Source: an uncultured Methanoregulaceae archaeon
GTDB lineage: Archaea; Halobacteriota; Methanomicrobia; Methanomicrobiales; Methanospirillaceae
NCBI GenBank assembly: GCA_963705255.1
Contig: OY970061.1
Location: 128,001-192,000, forward strand
Length of the DNA: 64,000 nt
Reading direction: 5' to 3'
The position numbers and the translations under genes are program-made. Below, one piece after another: positions 1-8,873 of this stretch. The notes under the pieces are model-generated. The model was given only the letters and a program-made list of their open reading frames with translations. It did not search any database and was not told the origin of the DNA. Position 1 is the first letter of the stretch, and each line of letters opens with the position of its first letter.

Positions 1-1
1 G

Positions 2-46
2 ATGGACCAGGAGGACATGGCGATTCTTTCGGAACTCATGAAATGA
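2..46 (+). CDS. possible 3' end of a CDS entering the window (MDQEDMAILSELMK*)
   Basis: Open frame ending in TGA at 44-46; too short to identify. Confidence 0.35.
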   Translation: MDQEDMAILSELMK

Positions 47-200
47 ACGAAGATTTTTCCCTGTCCTGTCGCACTGCCTCCCGGCGCAATATCGGCACCC
101 CCTGCCGTCCGATCTTCGGGGATGGTGACGATGCCAGACGGGGATATAGTTGACTGGGCAACTAATTTGATATACCCTTACCGACAGATAGGAGAAAATA

Positions 201-1157
201 ATGCAGGCAATTGAAGTATCTCATCTCGTCAAACGATTCGGCTCTCTCACCGCACTCAACGATATCAGTTTCTCGGTGGGTGAGGGAGAGACCTTCGGTT
301 TTCTGGGCCCCAATGGTGCCGGCAAGACCACCACCATCCGTATTCTGACGGGCATCTCGCGTCCGACCTCGGGGACGGCAACCATCTTCGGCCATGACAT
401 CGAGCACGACACCATCGCCGCACGGCAGTCCATGGGCATCGTATCCGAGACCTCGAACGTGTACGATGACCTGACCGGGTGGCAGAACATGATGTTTTCA
501 GCAGAACTCTATCACGTGGGAAGGAACGAGCGGGAGAAGAAAGCTGCCGAACTGCTGACGCTCTTTGGGTTATACGATCGGCGCAATGACCTCGCGCATG
601 GTTTTTCGAAGGGGATGAAACGACGGCTGACACTCGCGATGGGGCTGGTCAACAGCCCGCGCCTGCTCTTCCTGGATGAACCAACCTCGGGGCTCGATGT
701 CCAGAGCAACCTCATCATCCGGGACGTGGTCACGGATCTCATCCGCGAGGGCGTCACGGTTTTTCTGACGACCCATAATATCGAGGAGGCAAATGTCATG
801 TGCGACCGGGTGGCGATCATCAATAAGGGTACCATTGCTGCCATCGACGCGCCGGAACGGCTGAAAAAGACGATCCAGAGCGTTCAGTCGATCGAGTTCT
901 CGTTCGACCGCAATTCTGCCGACCAGCTGGACGATCTCCGCAGCCTTCCGATGGTGAACGATGCACGCAAGGCCGGCGACAAGTTCAAGCTCTACACCGA
1001 AGACCCGTCGGAAGTTATCGATGCCGTGATGACCTATGCCCGCTCCCGCAATCTCAGGGTGATCAGCATCACGACGCTCGGCCCCAGCCTCGAGGACGTA
1101 TTCATCCGGTTGACCGGCCTGCAACGGGCAGGGGGTGCAGTCCATGCCATCGATTGA
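201..1157 (+). CDS. ABC transporter ATP-binding protein (DrrA/ABC-2 exporter type)
   Basis: Walker A GPNGAGKTT, signature FSKGMKRR, Walker B LLFLDEPT, H-loop LTTH; GGAG RBS upstream. Confidence 0.95.
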   Translation: MQAIEVSHLVKRFGSLTALNDISFSVGEGETFGFLGPNGAGKTTTIRILTGISRPTSGTATIFGHDIEHDTIAARQSMGIVSETSNVYDDLTGWQNMMFSAELYHVGRNEREKKAAELLTLFGLYDRRNDLAHGFSKGMKRRLTLAMGLVNSPRLLFLDEPTSGLDVQSNLIIRDVVTDLIREGVTVFLTTHNIEEANVMCDRVAIINKGTIAAIDAPERLKKTIQSVQSIEFSFDRNSADQLDDLRSLPMVNDARKAGDKFKLYTEDPSEVIDAVMTYARSRNLRVISITTLGPSLEDVFIRLTGLQRAGGAVHAID

Positions 1158-1911
1158 TTATGACGGGCTGGCGGAACGTCTTTCCCGGGAGTTGTCTGCC
1201 GCATGGGCGATCGCCAGGAAGGACATGCGGACCTATTATATCAAGCCCAACATCATCGTCTCCGGCATCCTCTTCCCGCTCTTCATGTTCCTTGCCTTTG
1301 CCATCGGGAAGAACGCCCCGCCCGGCACCCTGATCCCGGGGCTGATCGCGATCACCCTCCTCTTTTCCGCTTCCTCGATCGAGCCGGTATCCATCCCCAT
1401 CGAGCGGCGGGTCAAGACGTTCGACCGCCTGCTCTCGGCACCGATCTCGCTCCACTCGCTGGTCTTCGGCGAGAGCCTGAGCGGTTTTCTCTACAGTCTG
1501 GGGATAGCGTGTCTTCCGCTCGTGTTCGGCATCATCCTGTTCAGCACGCCGGTTGAACACGCACTGGTCCTCGTGATCGCCATGGCACTGACCGCGTTCT
1601 GCTTTGCGACACTCGGGACCCTGTTTGCCGCGTACCCTACCGAGAACGTCGGGGAAGTGATGTCGATGCTCAACACGGTCCGGCTGCCGCTCATCTTCAT
1701 CTCCGGTGTCTTTATCCCGATGTCGGCCATGCCGCAGATCGGCCAGGAGATCGCACTTTTCTCCCCGCTCACCTATGGAAACGACATGATCGAGTACGCG
1801 TATACCGGCACCTCGCTCTTTTCGCCGCTGCTGGATATCGTGGCGCTGGTGATCTTCATCCTGGTCTTCCAGTTTGTGGCAAACCGGCTGTACAAGAAGT
1901 TCAATGAGTGA
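1144..1911 (+). CDS. ABC-2 type permease
   Basis: Six hydrophobic segments, PLIFISGVFIP and SPLTY motifs; overlaps the ATPase stop; ATG at 1144 chosen as start. Confidence 0.9.
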   Translation: MPSIDYDGLAERLSRELSAAWAIARKDMRTYYIKPNIIVSGILFPLFMFLAFAIGKNAPPGTLIPGLIAITLLFSASSIEPVSIPIERRVKTFDRLLSAPISLHSLVFGESLSGFLYSLGIACLPLVFGIILFSTPVEHALVLVIAMALTAFCFATLGTLFAAYPTENVGEVMSMLNTVRLPLIFISGVFIPMSAMPQIGQEIALFSPLTYGNDMIEYAYTGTSLFSPLLDIVALVIFILVFQFVANRLYKKFNE

Positions 1912-2078
1912 GGGGGGTACCAGAACGGTAAAATCAGGGAAGGAATGACAAAAAACGTCAGGGGAAGGCCATGCCGTGAAAACCGGGACGGGTGAGATTG
2001 CCATATATGACGAGGGCAATCTTCATGCAGCCCTCCGGTGAGCGGGGCCGGGGGCCCCGGTATGCCACAATTTTTTTA

Positions 2079-3779
2079 TCAGGCGGTCTCGATCTTATCG
2101 GCTTCCTGGAGCCCGAGCACTTTTACCGACTCTTCCCGCATCCTGAACTTCTGGATCTTGCCGGAGATGGTGACCGGGAAGTCATCGACGAACATGACGT
2201 ACCGGGGGATCTTGTAGTGGGCGATCTTCCCCTTGCAGAAGTCTTTCACATCCTGTTCGGTCATGGTCTGCCCCGGTTTCATCTTCACCCATGCGCAGAG
2301 CTCCTCGCCGTACTTGATGTCCGGGACACCCACGACGTACACATCCGCGATCTTCTCGTGGTGGTGCAAAAACTCCTCGATCTCCCGCGGGTAGATGTTC
2401 TCGCCGCCCCGGATGACCATGTCCTTGAGCCGGCCCACGATCCTGAAGTAGCCCTCCTCGTCCATGGTGGCGAGGTCGCCCGTGTGGTTCCAGTGGTCCT
2501 TGTCGAGCGTGGCATGCGTTGCCGAAGGGTTGTTGTAATAGCACTTCATCACGCAATAGCCCCGGGCGCAGATCTCGCCGATCTCGCCGTACGGCACGAT
2601 CTTGCCGGTCTTGGCGTCGACGATCTTGAGCTCGGTGTGCGGGAATGCCCGGCCCACCGTCGCGACCCGGCGGTCGAGGGGATCTTTCGTCGTCGTCATT
2701 GTCACGCCGGGGCTCGTCTCGGTCTGCCCGTACACGATCACGATCTCGCTCATGTGCATCCGGGTGTTGACCTCCTTCATCACCTCGATCGGGCAGGGCG
2801 AGCCGGCCATGATGCCGGTCCGGAGGGAGCGGAGGTCGTACTTTGCGAAGTTCGGGTGGGAGAGCTCGGCGATGAACATGGTCGGGACGCCGTGTACCGC
2901 GGTGCAGTGCTCCTTCTCGATGGTCTTTAATACCTCCTCGGCATCGAAGGCCGGGGCAGGGAGGACCATCGTGGAGCCGTGGGTGACGCAGGCGAGGTTC
3001 GCGAGGACCATGCCGAAGCAGTGATAGAAGGGGACCGGGATGCAGAGCCGGTCCTTCTCGGAGAAGCCCATACCCTCGCTGATGATGAACCCGTTGTTGA
3101 GGACATTATGGTGGGTCAGGACGACTCCCTTCGGGAACCCCGTAGTGCCGCTCGTGTACTGGATGTTGATCGGGTCGTCGAACGAGAGGGCCTCGCCCCG
3201 TTCGACCAGCTCGTCGGTATTGATCTCGTCCGCCTTTTTCAGGAAGTCTCCCCAGGTGTACATGCCGTTGTAGGGGATGTCCCCGAGAAAGATCGCGTTC
3301 TTGAGGAATGGGAACTTCTCGCTCGAGATCCTCCCGGGCTTCGCCTCGTACACTTCCGGGCAGGCCTCGTAGAACATGCCCACGTAATCCGAGGTCTTGA
3401 ACCGCCCCTGGACGATCAGGGTCGAGATCTCGGACTGCTTCAGCACGTAATCGAGCTCATAGGTGCGGTAGGCGGGGTTGATGTTCACCATGATCGCCCC
3501 GATCTTGGAGGTGGCGAACTGGACCACCACCCACTCGGCATGGTTCATGGCCCAGATGCCGACCCGGTCGCCCTTCTCCACGCCAAGGCCCATGAGGGCG
3601 CGGGCCACCTGGTTCACCTGGGACAGGAAGTCCCGGTAGGACCACCGGAGGTTCTGGTGCATGGATACGATCGCGTCGGTGTCCGGGTATTTTGCCGCAA
3701 TACTGTCGACCATCTCGCCGATGGTCATTCCCAGCAGGGGTACTGCTGATGTTCCGCACGTGTAGCTACCCTCGACCAT
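2079..3779 (-). CDS. AMP-dependent acyl-CoA synthetase (long-chain fatty-acid-CoA ligase family)
   Basis: YTSGTTGFPKG AMP-binding loop, YGQTETSP, TGDLA, GRLKDMVIRGGENIYP, SGKIQK. Confidence 0.95.
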   Translation of the reverse strand: MVEGSYTCGTSAVPLLGMTIGEMVDSIAAKYPDTDAIVSMHQNLRWSYRDFLSQVNQVARALMGLGVEKGDRVGIWAMNHAEWVVVQFATSKIGAIMVNINPAYRTYELDYVLKQSEISTLIVQGRFKTSDYVGMFYEACPEVYEAKPGRISSEKFPFLKNAIFLGDIPYNGMYTWGDFLKKADEINTDELVERGEALSFDDPINIQYTSGTTGFPKGVVLTHHNVLNNGFIISEGMGFSEKDRLCIPVPFYHCFGMVLANLACVTHGSTMVLPAPAFDAEEVLKTIEKEHCTAVHGVPTMFIAELSHPNFAKYDLRSLRTGIMAGSPCPIEVMKEVNTRMHMSEIVIVYGQTETSPGVTMTTTKDPLDRRVATVGRAFPHTELKIVDAKTGKIVPYGEIGEICARGYCVMKCYYNNPSATHATLDKDHWNHTGDLATMDEEGYFRIVGRLKDMVIRGGENIYPREIEEFLHHHEKIADVYVVGVPDIKYGEELCAWVKMKPGQTMTEQDVKDFCKGKIAHYKIPRYVMFVDDFPVTISGKIQKFRMREESVKVLGLQEADKIETA

Positions 3780-4134
3780 TGCACAACTATTGGGGCCCGG
3801 GATATTATATGCATAATGCTTTGTACCGGCTTGTGGTGCACTCGAGTTTCCCCTTCACGGGCAACAATTATGTATGCCGTAATTTTTTTCCATAGGGCAT
3901 CCCCAGGATGATACCTCCGGCTCCGATGAATCTGGAGGTACGGACCGCAGTGGTGCACCCGTCAGCCATTCTGGTGCGGGAGTCTCGCGTTCCTGAAGTG
4001 TCCGGGGTATACGAGTTCCTGATTCCCGTGGCGGGATGCCTGGAGGCAAGGGTCGGAAAGAACAAAACTCTTAAGTTTACGCACTGCGATTTTATTGAGT
4101 CGGAACGGGAAAATTTCCCGGTACTGACAGCATG

Positions 4135-4361
4135 GGGGTTGTGGCCTAGCCCGGTATGGCGACGGGCTCCAGCGGTCTTTGCGTTCTTTCGTGCTCGCAG
4201 ATGATGAACAATGGGTCTACTGAGTTGACCTTTCCGGCATCAGCCGGAGAGGGCAAGGAGAAACTCGTAAGAGTTTCGAATTGATGCGATGATGACCCGT
4301 TGGAGCACTGATGCATGTCGGAGAGACCCGTCGATCGTGAGTTCAAATCTCACCAACCCCA
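4135..4361 (+). tRNA. trnW: tRNA-Trp(CCA) with a 153-nt intron (4173-4325) at position 37/38
   Basis: Acceptor stem GGGGTTG/CAACCCC, anticodon stem ACGGG/CCCGT, anticodon CCA 4169-4171, T-arm GTGAG-TTCAAAT-CTCAC; bulge-helix-bulge with CTCC/GGAG helix and AGC and AGA bulges. Confidence 0.95.
4201..4311 (+). ncRNA. box C/D guide sRNA within the tRNA-Trp intron (guides 2'-O-methylation at C34 and C39)
   Basis: Box C ATGATGA 4201-4207, D' CTGA 4220-4223, C' ATGATGA 4289-4295, D CTGA 4308-4311; guides TGGGTCT and CGTTGGAGC pair with the pre-tRNA so that the +5 base faces C39 and C34; this arrangement is known from euryarchaeal tRNA-Trp. Confidence 0.9.
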
Positions 4362-4453
4362 CGTTTTCTGACATCTTCTGATCCTACCGTTTACTATCCT
4401 GCCGTAAGGGCCCGGGTTTTTATCTTCTTACTCCCGACAGGGATCTGATATAC

Positions 4454-4843
4454 ATGACCAGCGAACGCTACAGACGCGGGTGGGAGAAGCTGAAAGAGGT
4501 AGACGGCGAGGCCGGCGAGAAGGTGATCGCGAGCCTTCAGGATATTGCACCGGACCTCGGGCGGTTCACGATCGAGTTCCCGTTCGGGGATATTTACACC
4601 CGCCCGGACCTGGATCTCCGCTCGCGGGAGATCGCGGTTGTCGCCGCCCTCACGGCGCTCGGCAACGCTGCACCGCAGCTGAAGGTGCATATCCACGGGG
4701 CGCTCAACGTAGGGGTCACACGGGACGAATTGGTCGGGATCATCACGATGATGGCCGTCTACGCGGGGTTCCCTGCTGCGCTCAACGGTATGGCAGCGGC
4801 AAAAGACGTGTTTGCCGAACGCGACGGGAAAGGGCTGGCCTAG
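4454..4843 (+). CDS. carboxymuconolactone decarboxylase (CMD/PcaC-like) family protein
   Basis: FGDIYTRPDLDLRSREIAVVAALTALG..QLKVHIHGALNVG..YAGFPAA pattern. Confidence 0.9.
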   Translation: MTSERYRRGWEKLKEVDGEAGEKVIASLQDIAPDLGRFTIEFPFGDIYTRPDLDLRSREIAVVAALTALGNAAPQLKVHIHGALNVGVTRDELVGIITMMAVYAGFPAALNGMAAAKDVFAERDGKGLA

Positions 4844-5172
4844 TCCCCCTTTTTCTTCTTCTTCCGGACCTCTTCCAGCCCGTCAAGTGCGGCGGGGAGG
4901 CATTCGAGGACGCCGACGAGCCCGGTCAGGTGCAGGTTCATAACGACCGCGCCCACGATCTCGTCCCTGGTCGCCCCGGCCTGCCACGCCATGATGGCGT
5001 GCAGCCGCACTCCTTCGGGGTTCCGGATAGCGGTCTGGATTGCGATATTGATGAGCTGTTTTGTCTTGTTATCGAGGCCGCTGAGGGTCCGCTGAACCTC
5101 CACGAGGTTGTTGAACCGCTCCTCAAGCTCGGGGCACTCCTTCCGGAACACGTCATAGGAACTCTTCGCCAT
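4840..5172 (-). CDS. CMD/AhpD-like family protein lacking CxxC
   Basis: LDNKTKQLINIAI...LHAIMAWQAGATRDEI pattern. Confidence 0.8.
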   Translation of the reverse strand: MAKSSYDVFRKECPELEERFNNLVEVQRTLSGLDNKTKQLINIAIQTAIRNPEGVRLHAIMAWQAGATRDEIVGAVVMNLHLTGLVGVLECLPAALDGLEEVRKKKKKGD

Positions 5173-5238
5173 AGTGCACGCTCGTACTACTTAGGTAATA
5201 TCTGCATCAGCCCGCGGAATTATATAACCTTGTATCTG

Positions 5239-5481
5239 GAGGAAGTCACATCAGTGACTTCCGAGACGAGAAGATTCTGACGCAGGAAGAATCTTCGAGT
5301 TCGAACAGGTCATCGGCTGATTCTTCAGGCCGGTTCTTCTCCACCTCCCGCAGTCGACGAACATACCCGCACTCGATTCCCTGATGGGATGATCTTATCT
5401 CACCGGCTCCTGATGCACATACTCGTAGTCGAAGATTCCTTCGGAATCTTCTCCACTCGTATGTTACTTCGTAACATACTC
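5239..5481. repeat. array of nested mini-hairpin modules in a divergent intergenic region
   Basis: GA[GGAAGTCAC-ATCA-GTGACTTCC]GA 5239-5264; GA[GAAGATTCT..AGAATCTTC]GA 5268-5298; TC[GAAGATTCC-TTC-GGAATCTTC]TC 5429-5453; TC[GTATGTTAC-TTC-GTAACATAC]TC 5457-5481. Confidence 0.85.
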
Positions 5482-5532
5482 GTTTTATGATAGATGACAG
5501 GCACATACTATTACCATCATACGGAGAGTTCC

Positions 5533-6714
5533 ATGTATTTAGTCGGAGAAGCACTTGTTGGTGATGGCGCGGAACTGGCGCATATCGATCTGCTCATGGG
5601 GGACAAGGAAGGCCCGATCGGCACGGCATTCGCGAACGCGATGTCGCAGCTCTCGGCGGGGCACACGCCGCTCCTCGCGGTCGTCCGCCCGAACCTGCTG
5701 ACCAAGCCGGTGACGCTCGTCATCCCGAAGGTCACGCTCAAGACGATGCCGCAGGTGAACGAGATGTTCGGCCCCGTGCAGGCAGCGGTCGCGAAAGCGG
5801 TTGCCGACAGCGTCGAGGAGGGGGCGTTCGCCAGTGCCGATATCGAGCAGCTGGTCATCCTCGTGTCGGCTTTTGTCCACCCGGAGGCAAAGGACTATAA
5901 TAAGATCTACCGGTTCAACTACGGGGCAACGAAGCTTGCCATCACCCGTGCGATGGAAGCGTTCCCCGACAGGAAGACGCTCATCTACGAGAAGGACCGT
6001 GCGGCCCACGCGATCATGGGGTTCAAGGTGCAGCGCCTCTGGGACCCGCCCTACCTGCAGGTCGCCCTCGACCTCGTGGACATGGCAAAGGTGGCAAGTG
6101 TCCTGACAGGACTCCCGGAGAACGACCACCTGATCATCGAGGCGGGAACCCCGCTCATCAAGAAGTTCGGCCTCTCCGTCCTCTCCGAGATCCGAAAATA
6201 CAAGCCCAACGCGTTCATCATCGCGGACCTCAAGATTCTCGATACCGGTAACCTCGAGGCCCGGATGGCGGCGGACGCGACCGCTGACGCCGTGGTCATC
6301 TCCGGGCTCGCCCCCACCTCCACGATGGAGAAGGCGATCGCCGAGGCCCGCAAGGTCGGGATCTACTCGATCATCGATATGCTGAACGTCCAGAACCCGG
6401 CCAGGGTCATCGAGAAGCTGAAGGTCAAGCCCGACATCGTGGAACTCCACCGTGCGATCGATGTCGAGGAGACTGCCCATGCTTGGGGCGACATCCCGGC
6501 GATCAGGAAGGCGGCGGGCGGCAAGCTCCTCGTGGCAACCGCCGGCGGCGTCCGCGTGAACGTGGTTAAGGACGCACTCAAGGCAGGCGCAGACATCCTC
6601 GTGGTCGGCCGCGCGATCACCGCGTCGAAGGATGTCGGGCACGCTGCGGACGAGTTCCTGGAGCAGCTGAACCGGGAAGAGATCGACCAGTTCAGGATTA
6701 TGACGGATTTCTAA
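5533..6714 (+). CDS. fae-hps: bifunctional formaldehyde-activating enzyme / 3-hexulose-6-phosphate synthase
   Basis: N-terminal VGEALVGDGAELAHIDL..GHTPLLAV..FGPVQAAVAKAV (Fae); C-terminal LQVALD, EAGTPLIK, ADLKILDTG, VVGRAIT (HPS); ATG at 5533 after GGAG. Confidence 0.95.
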   Translation: MYLVGEALVGDGAELAHIDLLMGDKEGPIGTAFANAMSQLSAGHTPLLAVVRPNLLTKPVTLVIPKVTLKTMPQVNEMFGPVQAAVAKAVADSVEEGAFASADIEQLVILVSAFVHPEAKDYNKIYRFNYGATKLAITRAMEAFPDRKTLIYEKDRAAHAIMGFKVQRLWDPPYLQVALDLVDMAKVASVLTGLPENDHLIIEAGTPLIKKFGLSVLSEIRKYKPNAFIIADLKILDTGNLEARMAADATADAVVISGLAPTSTMEKAIAEARKVGIYSIIDMLNVQNPARVIEKLKVKPDIVELHRAIDVEETAHAWGDIPAIRKAAGGKLLVATAGGVRVNVVKDALKAGADILVVGRAITASKDVGHAADEFLEQLNREEIDQFRIMTDF

Positions 6715-6747
6715 ATAGGAATTGAAAATTGATATAATTTTTTTCTC

Positions 6748-7548
6748 TCATTCAAAAATTTTTAATAAAAACTCTTTTGCTAATCGTTTTTGAGTTCGTT
6801 CCTCAACAACTCGAAGATCTTTGCCAATTTGAACTGATAAATTTATAATTTTCAGATAGTCTTTCATATTTTTCGAATTTACAACAACAGTTCCTGCATC
6901 GATTCCATTTTTTATAAACGATAACATGAAATCTTTTTGATCATTCCGATACCCAAATTTGACACCATTCTTGAAATTTCCATAATACATAGGCGATTCA
7001 CTTTCTTCAACATCATCTCCACTTTTATCTACGATTTTTTTGTCGATTTTGTCGATTTGTATGATAGAATAATATTGCATAAAAGTACCTAATGAAAGAG
7101 TTGTAATATCAATAAATAACTGAGCAATTTCAATTGAATCTTCTACTTTTCCGGATTCTGGTTTTTTATAAAAATGTTCTAAATCAACTCTGATATTGTT
7201 AATTTTTTTGAAGATTAAAGACGGAGTTAATCCCATCTTTTGCAAATTATCAATTTTTAAAGGAAAATTTAATTTTTCATATGGAATTCCTAAAGAATAA
7301 TGAATAATGTCACTTTGACATTCAATGGATCGCTTAACATTCGTTAATGCATTGATAAAGCCGTGATCGTTGGCAAGTTGAAAATCTTGTTTTGCATATT
7401 CTAGGAATTCAAGTGGTGAAATTTCAAAATGTTGTGAATCTTCTTCTAGAATTGAACTTCCAGAATCTGGTTCAACAATACAAGAGTTTGCATCAAAATT
7501 TATTTCTGAGAATTTCTCTTTTAACGTAAATTGTTGTTTATCTACCAT
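6748..7548 (-). CDS. AT-rich hypothetical protein with a HEPN-like RxxxxH motif
   Basis: Long clean ORF in strongly AT-rich DNA; EFLEYAKQDF..NALTNVKRSIE..KINNIRVDLEHFY resembles a HEPN helical bundle. Confidence 0.7.
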   Translation of the reverse strand: MVDKQQFTLKEKFSEINFDANSCIVEPDSGSSILEEDSQHFEISPLEFLEYAKQDFQLANDHGFINALTNVKRSIECQSDIIHYSLGIPYEKLNFPLKIDNLQKMGLTPSLIFKKINNIRVDLEHFYKKPESGKVEDSIEIAQLFIDITTLSLGTFMQYYSIIQIDKIDKKIVDKSGDDVEESESPMYYGNFKNGVKFGYRNDQKDFMLSFIKNGIDAGTVVVNSKNMKDYLKIINLSVQIGKDLRVVEERTQKRLAKEFLLKIFE

Positions 7549-7630
7549 TATCAAAAATTAAACAGAGGTAATATTTTATTCTGCTTATTATCCCTCACTT
7601 TAGAAAAATGCAGTGGCCACCCCCCCCTAT

Positions 7631-7754
7631 TCGCAGAGAGTCCCCGGCGACGCCTTGTCGGGTCGCAGTTGGGCAGGGTTTCGGATCCGGGTGTAAGTGC
7701 GTAGCGTAAAACCCGGCGAGGCGTTTTGTACGTAGGGCATCGCATCAGACGCAC
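7631..7754 (+). repeat. structured repeat family B, copy 1 (empty)
   Basis: GTAAGTGCGTAGCGTAAAAC..GGCGTTTTGTACGT..GGCATCGCATCAG..ACGCAC recurs at 8697-8825. Confidence 0.75.
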
Positions 7755-7807
7755 AACAATATCCGACCACAAACCCCATCATCTTTCCAAACTCCATTAA
7801 TATATTA

Positions 7808-8182
7808 ATGACTCGCGGAAAAAAGCCTGACGGAGCGATCAAGGAAGCAAAAAAATTCGCGGAGCGGATGGGATACTGGTGGCAGGAGAACACGAATCCG
7901 GAGCTCGCGTACGATCTCTTTACCTTCAAACCCAAGTCCGCTCTGATCGTGAAGGTCCGGCAGACCCGGTACACGATCAACCCGGACACGATGTACGAAG
8001 ATCTTCTCCCGGACGATCTCCGCGGGGTCCGGGCACTCCCGTTCCCGGCTTGGCTGCCCCGCGAGATCTGGCTCCGCACCCAGCACGAGCGGGCCTGGCG
8101 GAGGTTCCGTGTCATCGATCTTGCTGTCAGCGAGATCGAGTGGTGGGGGCCGGATGGGTACAAGAACCCGCATGCCCGGTGA
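7808..8182 (+). CDS. small hypothetical protein with a PD-(D/E)XK/Hjc-like fold signature
   Basis: Helix, then AYDLFTFKPKSALIVKVR and later REIWLR; AT-rich promoter-like segment directly upstream. Confidence 0.7.
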   Translation: MTRGKKPDGAIKEAKKFAERMGYWWQENTNPELAYDLFTFKPKSALIVKVRQTRYTINPDTMYEDLLPDDLRGVRALPFPAWLPREIWLRTQHERAWRRFRVIDLAVSEIEWWGPDGYKNPHAR

Positions 8183-8640
8183 GGTGCTTCCTCCAGGGAT
8201 CGCCCCTCCTTTATAAAGAGGGCCATTCCGGACGGTAAGTCTCCCATGGTCCATTCTCCGACGGAGAGTTCCCGGGCCGGATCCGGCACCGGAAATCTCC
8301 AGTGGAAGGGGTGCCAACGCCCGGCAAAATTCTTCTTTAAAACCAGTATTTTGGCAAAATCTTCATTTTAAGCGGGAAAAACCGTGCAATTTAGCGGGCT
8401 TGTACAGGTCGCGAAAAAAAGACAATTTATACCTTGTCCGGAAACCTGACGGGGCCCGGAGGGTCACTACGGCCGAAAAATAAAGGGGATCCCCGGAGGG
8501 CTGAAAAATGACCGGATTTTTCCCGAAAATGCTGAAAACTGCCCACCGGCGTTCCCGGTCCGGCACCGGAGGGTATCCGGGAGGAGGGATACGGTTTTTT
8601 TGCCGTTTTCCTCGTCGGCTGAAGTGGTCAAAAACCAGAC

Positions 8641-8825
8641 TCACGGAAGAAACTCTCATTCCTGTCAGGGCCCGCGGGACAAGATTCCCAATCAAGGTAA
8701 GTGCGTAGTGTAAAATGTCGAGTCTCTTCAGAGACAAGACAGGAGAAGAACGCATCAGCGTTCTTCGAGTCCCGACAAGGCGTTTTGCGCGTGAGGCGTC
8801 ACGTCAGGTCATCGGAAAAACGCAC
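8641..8825 (+). repeat. structured repeat family B, copy 2 (filled with hairpin modules at about 8720-8773)
   Basis: Same core as 7693-7754, with GA[GTCTC-TTCA-GAGAC]AA and GA[GAAGAACGC-ATCA-GCGTTCTTC]GA in the loop. Confidence 0.75.
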
Positions 8826-8873
8826 CGGAACTCCAGTCAGAAAACCTTAACAAAAATTTCACCTATATTGATT

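Noticed and set aside
3908-4204. 98-aa ORF with faint resemblance to the N-terminus of DUF123/GIY-YIG proteins
   Set aside because: It overlaps the tRNA-Trp gene and its upstream region, and lacks the YVGSA core
5246-5554. ORFs over hairpin arrays or A-tract regions (also 38462-38785, 47092-47340, 47954-48400, 58899-59153)
   Set aside because: They coincide with palindromic or low-complexity non-coding DNA and have no protein-like motifs
8298-8311. TCCAGTGGAAGGGG, resembling an archaeal ORB origin box
   Set aside because: Single copy, no inverted partner noticed, and no cdc6/orc1 gene in the window
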